Source of the DNA: an uncultured cyanobacterium
GTDB lineage: Bacteria; Cyanobacteriota; Cyanobacteriia; Cyanobacteriales; CAWUOF01
Length of the DNA stretch: 64,000 bases
Direction of reading: 5' to 3'
Assembly: GCA_963744145.1 (NCBI GenBank)
Contig: CAVUSO010000001.1
Span: 3,040,001 to 3,104,000 of the forward strand
Every line of letters begins with the position of its first letter. Position 1 is the first letter of the stretch. Position numbers and translations under genes: made by a program. The notes beneath the pieces were generated by a model that was not told the DNA's origin, did no database searches, and saw only the letters and a list, made by a program, of their open reading frames with translations. Positions 61,536 to 64,000 of this stretch are shown piece by piece.

Positions 61536-61695
61536 GCAAGCAAAGAAGGGTGGGTTAGTTAATTTAATCTTAATTCTGGGTGCGATCGCAATTTTCCCTG
61601 GTTTATAAGCGTATTGAACTATTTATGAAGCCCAGCATTGTGATCTCGATTACGCTACTAGAGGATCTTCTTTTAATAAGGAGATCCCATCCATT

Positions 61696-62023
61696 TTAAT
61701 CATCGTATTCAAAAACAGAATAACTATTTTCTTTAAAAATTGGATAAAGTGTGATTAATTCTTCTGTTATATGATAATAATGTCCTTCTAAAGGTAATTC
61801 AATAATTTGTACAAGCAAATAAGTCATCTAATTCAGACCATTTCTGAAACCTACCTGTTTCAATTTTCTCAGCTAAGGATTCAATGGTTTTAATTCGAGA
61901 AGTTAGTGCATATCCCTTATTTTCGCAAAAATTTAGCAGGGCTGATTTTACTCGGTTTGCAACTTCATCAATCAAGGGACGATGTTGGTGATATTGACGA
62001 TCTAAAATAGAAGGATAAATCAT
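61696..62023 (-). pseudogene. RelA/SpoT-like nucleotidyltransferase, apparently internally deleted
   Basis: SRIKTIESLAEKI...LDDLFAC resembles synthetase N-terminal motifs; then frame switch to a short tail ending at TAA 61696. Confidence 0.65.
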
Positions 62024-62032
62024 ATTAATAAT

Positions 62033-63088
62033 TTAGAAATTAATATTTCCTAAAATCACTGATTTTAAAATATTAATTCTGGTTCTAGTTTTTTCAATTC
62101 CGATTGAAGAAACTAAGGAGGTTGTAATAGCATCATAATAATCTTTAGCTGTCGGAATACTGATTCTTTGTTCAGGAGAATCTACCAATTTCAAAAAGCG
62201 ATCTAGTCTATTACCAACCTCAGAATCTATCTCTAATAAATTTTCATGATTTAATTCTGAAATAGCACCAAAAAGCGAATAAAAATCTGCTTGATTTTTT
62301 AATCTCGTTTTACATAATTTTATATTTTGAGAAGATTTGTCTATAATATCTTTGATGAAGTTAATAACTTTTTTAAAATTATCTTCTATTTCATCTTTAT
62401 TATCCCAAGCTAAATCTCGATCGTTAAAAGCTTTATCCAAATCGTCTTGACGATAGGATTTCACACCTTCCTCTAAAAAAAGTAAAAGTAGAGTTACAAA
62501 CTCTACATCTTTCATTTGTTTTTTTGATTTGGGAGGAATTGAGGGAAAGTTTGTTGGGAGAGCTGAAACTATCCAGTCAGTTAAATCTTCCACAGTAGTA
62601 ATAAATACTCCATTAAACCTAGCGTGTCGAAGTTCTTGAGGTGTTAATTTACTAACATTACGATTAATGCGGTCAAATATATCATTGATAATTTTTTCAT
62701 CGTTAGATGGGACATATTCAACTGCAAACTGATATTTCCAGAAGTTTTGTTTGATCTCGTTTTCTAAATCTTGAAAATATTTACCTCTAAGTCTTGTAAT
62801 AGTTGCTGTTTCACTTACAGGAAAATTATTTTCAGCAAACTCGAATAAAGTAGATAATCTTTGTTTACCATCAACAACACTATACTTAGAGATCCCTTCA
62901 GGAGTAATTTCTTGATATAGAAATATCGCCGGAGATGGATACCCATTAAGTACAGTATCAATAAAAAAGTCTTTGTACTCTTGATTCCAAACACTGCGTC
63001 TTTGATAGGGTGGATCGAGATCGAGTAGTTTTCTGGTGTGGAGATCCCAAAACCAAGAAATAGTTTGAAAATTGATGGCTCGACTCAT
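62033..63088 (-). CDS. DUF262 (ParB-like, GmrS-type) domain protein
   Basis: PPYQRRSVW, VVDGKQRL, IFDRIN..LTPQELR. Confidence 0.92.
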   Translation of the reverse strand: MSRAINFQTISWFWDLHTRKLLDLDPPYQRRSVWNQEYKDFFIDTVLNGYPSPAIFLYQEITPEGISKYSVVDGKQRLSTLFEFAENNFPVSETATITRLRGKYFQDLENEIKQNFWKYQFAVEYVPSNDEKIINDIFDRINRNVSKLTPQELRHARFNGVFITTVEDLTDWIVSALPTNFPSIPPKSKKQMKDVEFVTLLLLFLEEGVKSYRQDDLDKAFNDRDLAWDNKDEIEDNFKKVINFIKDIIDKSSQNIKLCKTRLKNQADFYSLFGAISELNHENLLEIDSEVGNRLDRFLKLVDSPEQRISIPTAKDYYDAITTSLVSSIGIEKTRTRINILKSVILGNINF

Positions 63089-63160
63089 ATTACTTTTCTC
63101 TAATAGGTTATTTTAACTAAATTGGCATCCCCTGAACATAAATAGGGATTTGTCCACGGA

Positions 63161-63237
63161 TGCAGGCTATTTCAGGTTTAGGGCTGGCCATACATCTGTT
63201 TAATTGAGTGTACCATATTTATCTGGAATAGGCTGCA
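63161..63237. repeat. 77-bp inverted-repeat element related to the left end of the 15256 MITE
   Basis: TGCAGGCTATTTCAGGTTTA ... TATCTGGAATAGGCTGCA. Confidence 0.55.
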
Positions 63238-63382
63238 CGATCGCTAATTTCGGATTGACTAGATTTCTGGAAATGCGATCGGGATGATTAATATCATATA
63301 AGTGGACTATTAAAAAAAATTGGACAGGCAAAATGTCTGTCCAATAATTATTCAAAAGAACCTGATGCAAGCTTTCTATTGA

Positions 63383-64000
63383 TTAAGCTTGTTTTTGTTG
63401 TTTACGTTTGCGGGAATAAGCAGCAAAAGCACCGAATCCGAGAGTTCCCAAAATAGTAGCTGGTTCAGGAACAGCTTCTTTATAAGCATAGTTATCACTT
63501 TCAAAAGCAACACCTGTAGCTGAAAGTGTTACTGAAGTAAAGTCCTGACCAGGAGCGGCAAAGAAATTAGCAAAAAAGTTAGCTTCTGAACCTGTCCAAC
63601 TTCCATCCGCTTTTCCGGCTAAATCACCACCACCATAAGTAGCCAATAATGTACTACCGTTATAGAAAGAGATTTGGTTATAGTTGTCAGCTGATCCCCA
63701 GTACATCCCAAAATAATCGATCGCGTTAGCAAAGTTAATCGTGACACTACCTGTCGCACCAGCAGTTTTATAACCTACTGGAGTAATGGTCATATATTGG
63801 GAATTATCACCAGCGGGGTTACCATGGTCATTAACTTTTCCACCTGTAACCAAGCTAGTAGAGTTGTAACCAGTAAAAGTTGCATTTCCGGTAGTGGGAA
63901 AACCGTTGTTTAAATCGATGGTAGTGGCTCCTACAACACTGGTTTCTAAACCTTGTCCACTAACTGCTGTACCACCACTGGTGAAGTTAATTGCACTGGC
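63383..64000 (-). CDS. PEP-CTERM exosortase-sorted surface protein (partial, start beyond window)
   Basis: YFGMYWGSADNYN, AFESDN, VPEP + TM + RKRKQQK; frame open to window edge. Confidence 0.92.
   Translation of the reverse strand, partial: ASAINFTSGGTAVSGQGLETSVVGATTIDLNNGFPTTGNATFTGYNSTSLVTGGKVNDHGNPAGDNSQYMTITPVGYKTAGATGSVTINFANAIDYFGMYWGSADNYNQISFYNGSTLLATYGGGDLAGKADGSWTGSEANFFANFFAAPGQDFTSVTLSATGVAFESDNYAYKEAVPEPATILGTLGFGAFAAYSRKRKQQKQA

Overview
AT-rich cyanobacterial chromosome segment. HIP1 octamer GCGATCGC is abundant; Uma2, GUN4-kinase, pentapeptide, DUF928, Vipp1 and PEP-CTERM genes suggest a filamentous Oscillatoriales-like strain (inference). Most of the window is housekeeping: coaD-cdv3, guaA-cbiD, cinA, aroQ, secDF, pepF, uvrC, hepC, dapL-like, pspA/vipp1 x3, menB, coaE, tldD, hik2. 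Accessory patches: (i) 1.7-4.5 kb, a tnpA-less IS200/IS605 element with an atypical TnpB inserted in a decayed Uma2 gene; (ii) 32.6-39.9 kb, a mostly minus-strand variable island with a translationally coupled TPR-CHAT protease / small protein / C-terminal-membrane protein operon (protease gutted by an internal deletion), ~381-bp REP-containing repeat units interspersed with small gene cassettes, and a mini-IS630 fused to a truncated hsdM; (iii) 55.2-58.2 kb, an A-B-[IS630]-A-B-A array of ~70-aa paralogues; (iv) 61.7-63.1 kb, DUF262 plus a gutted RelA/SpoT-like gene. There are three phased DnaA boxes downstream of guaA, several REP families, and MITEs sharing ends with IS630 elements. No rRNA, tRNA or CRISPR array was seen. 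All calls come from motif recognition by eye; no database search was run.
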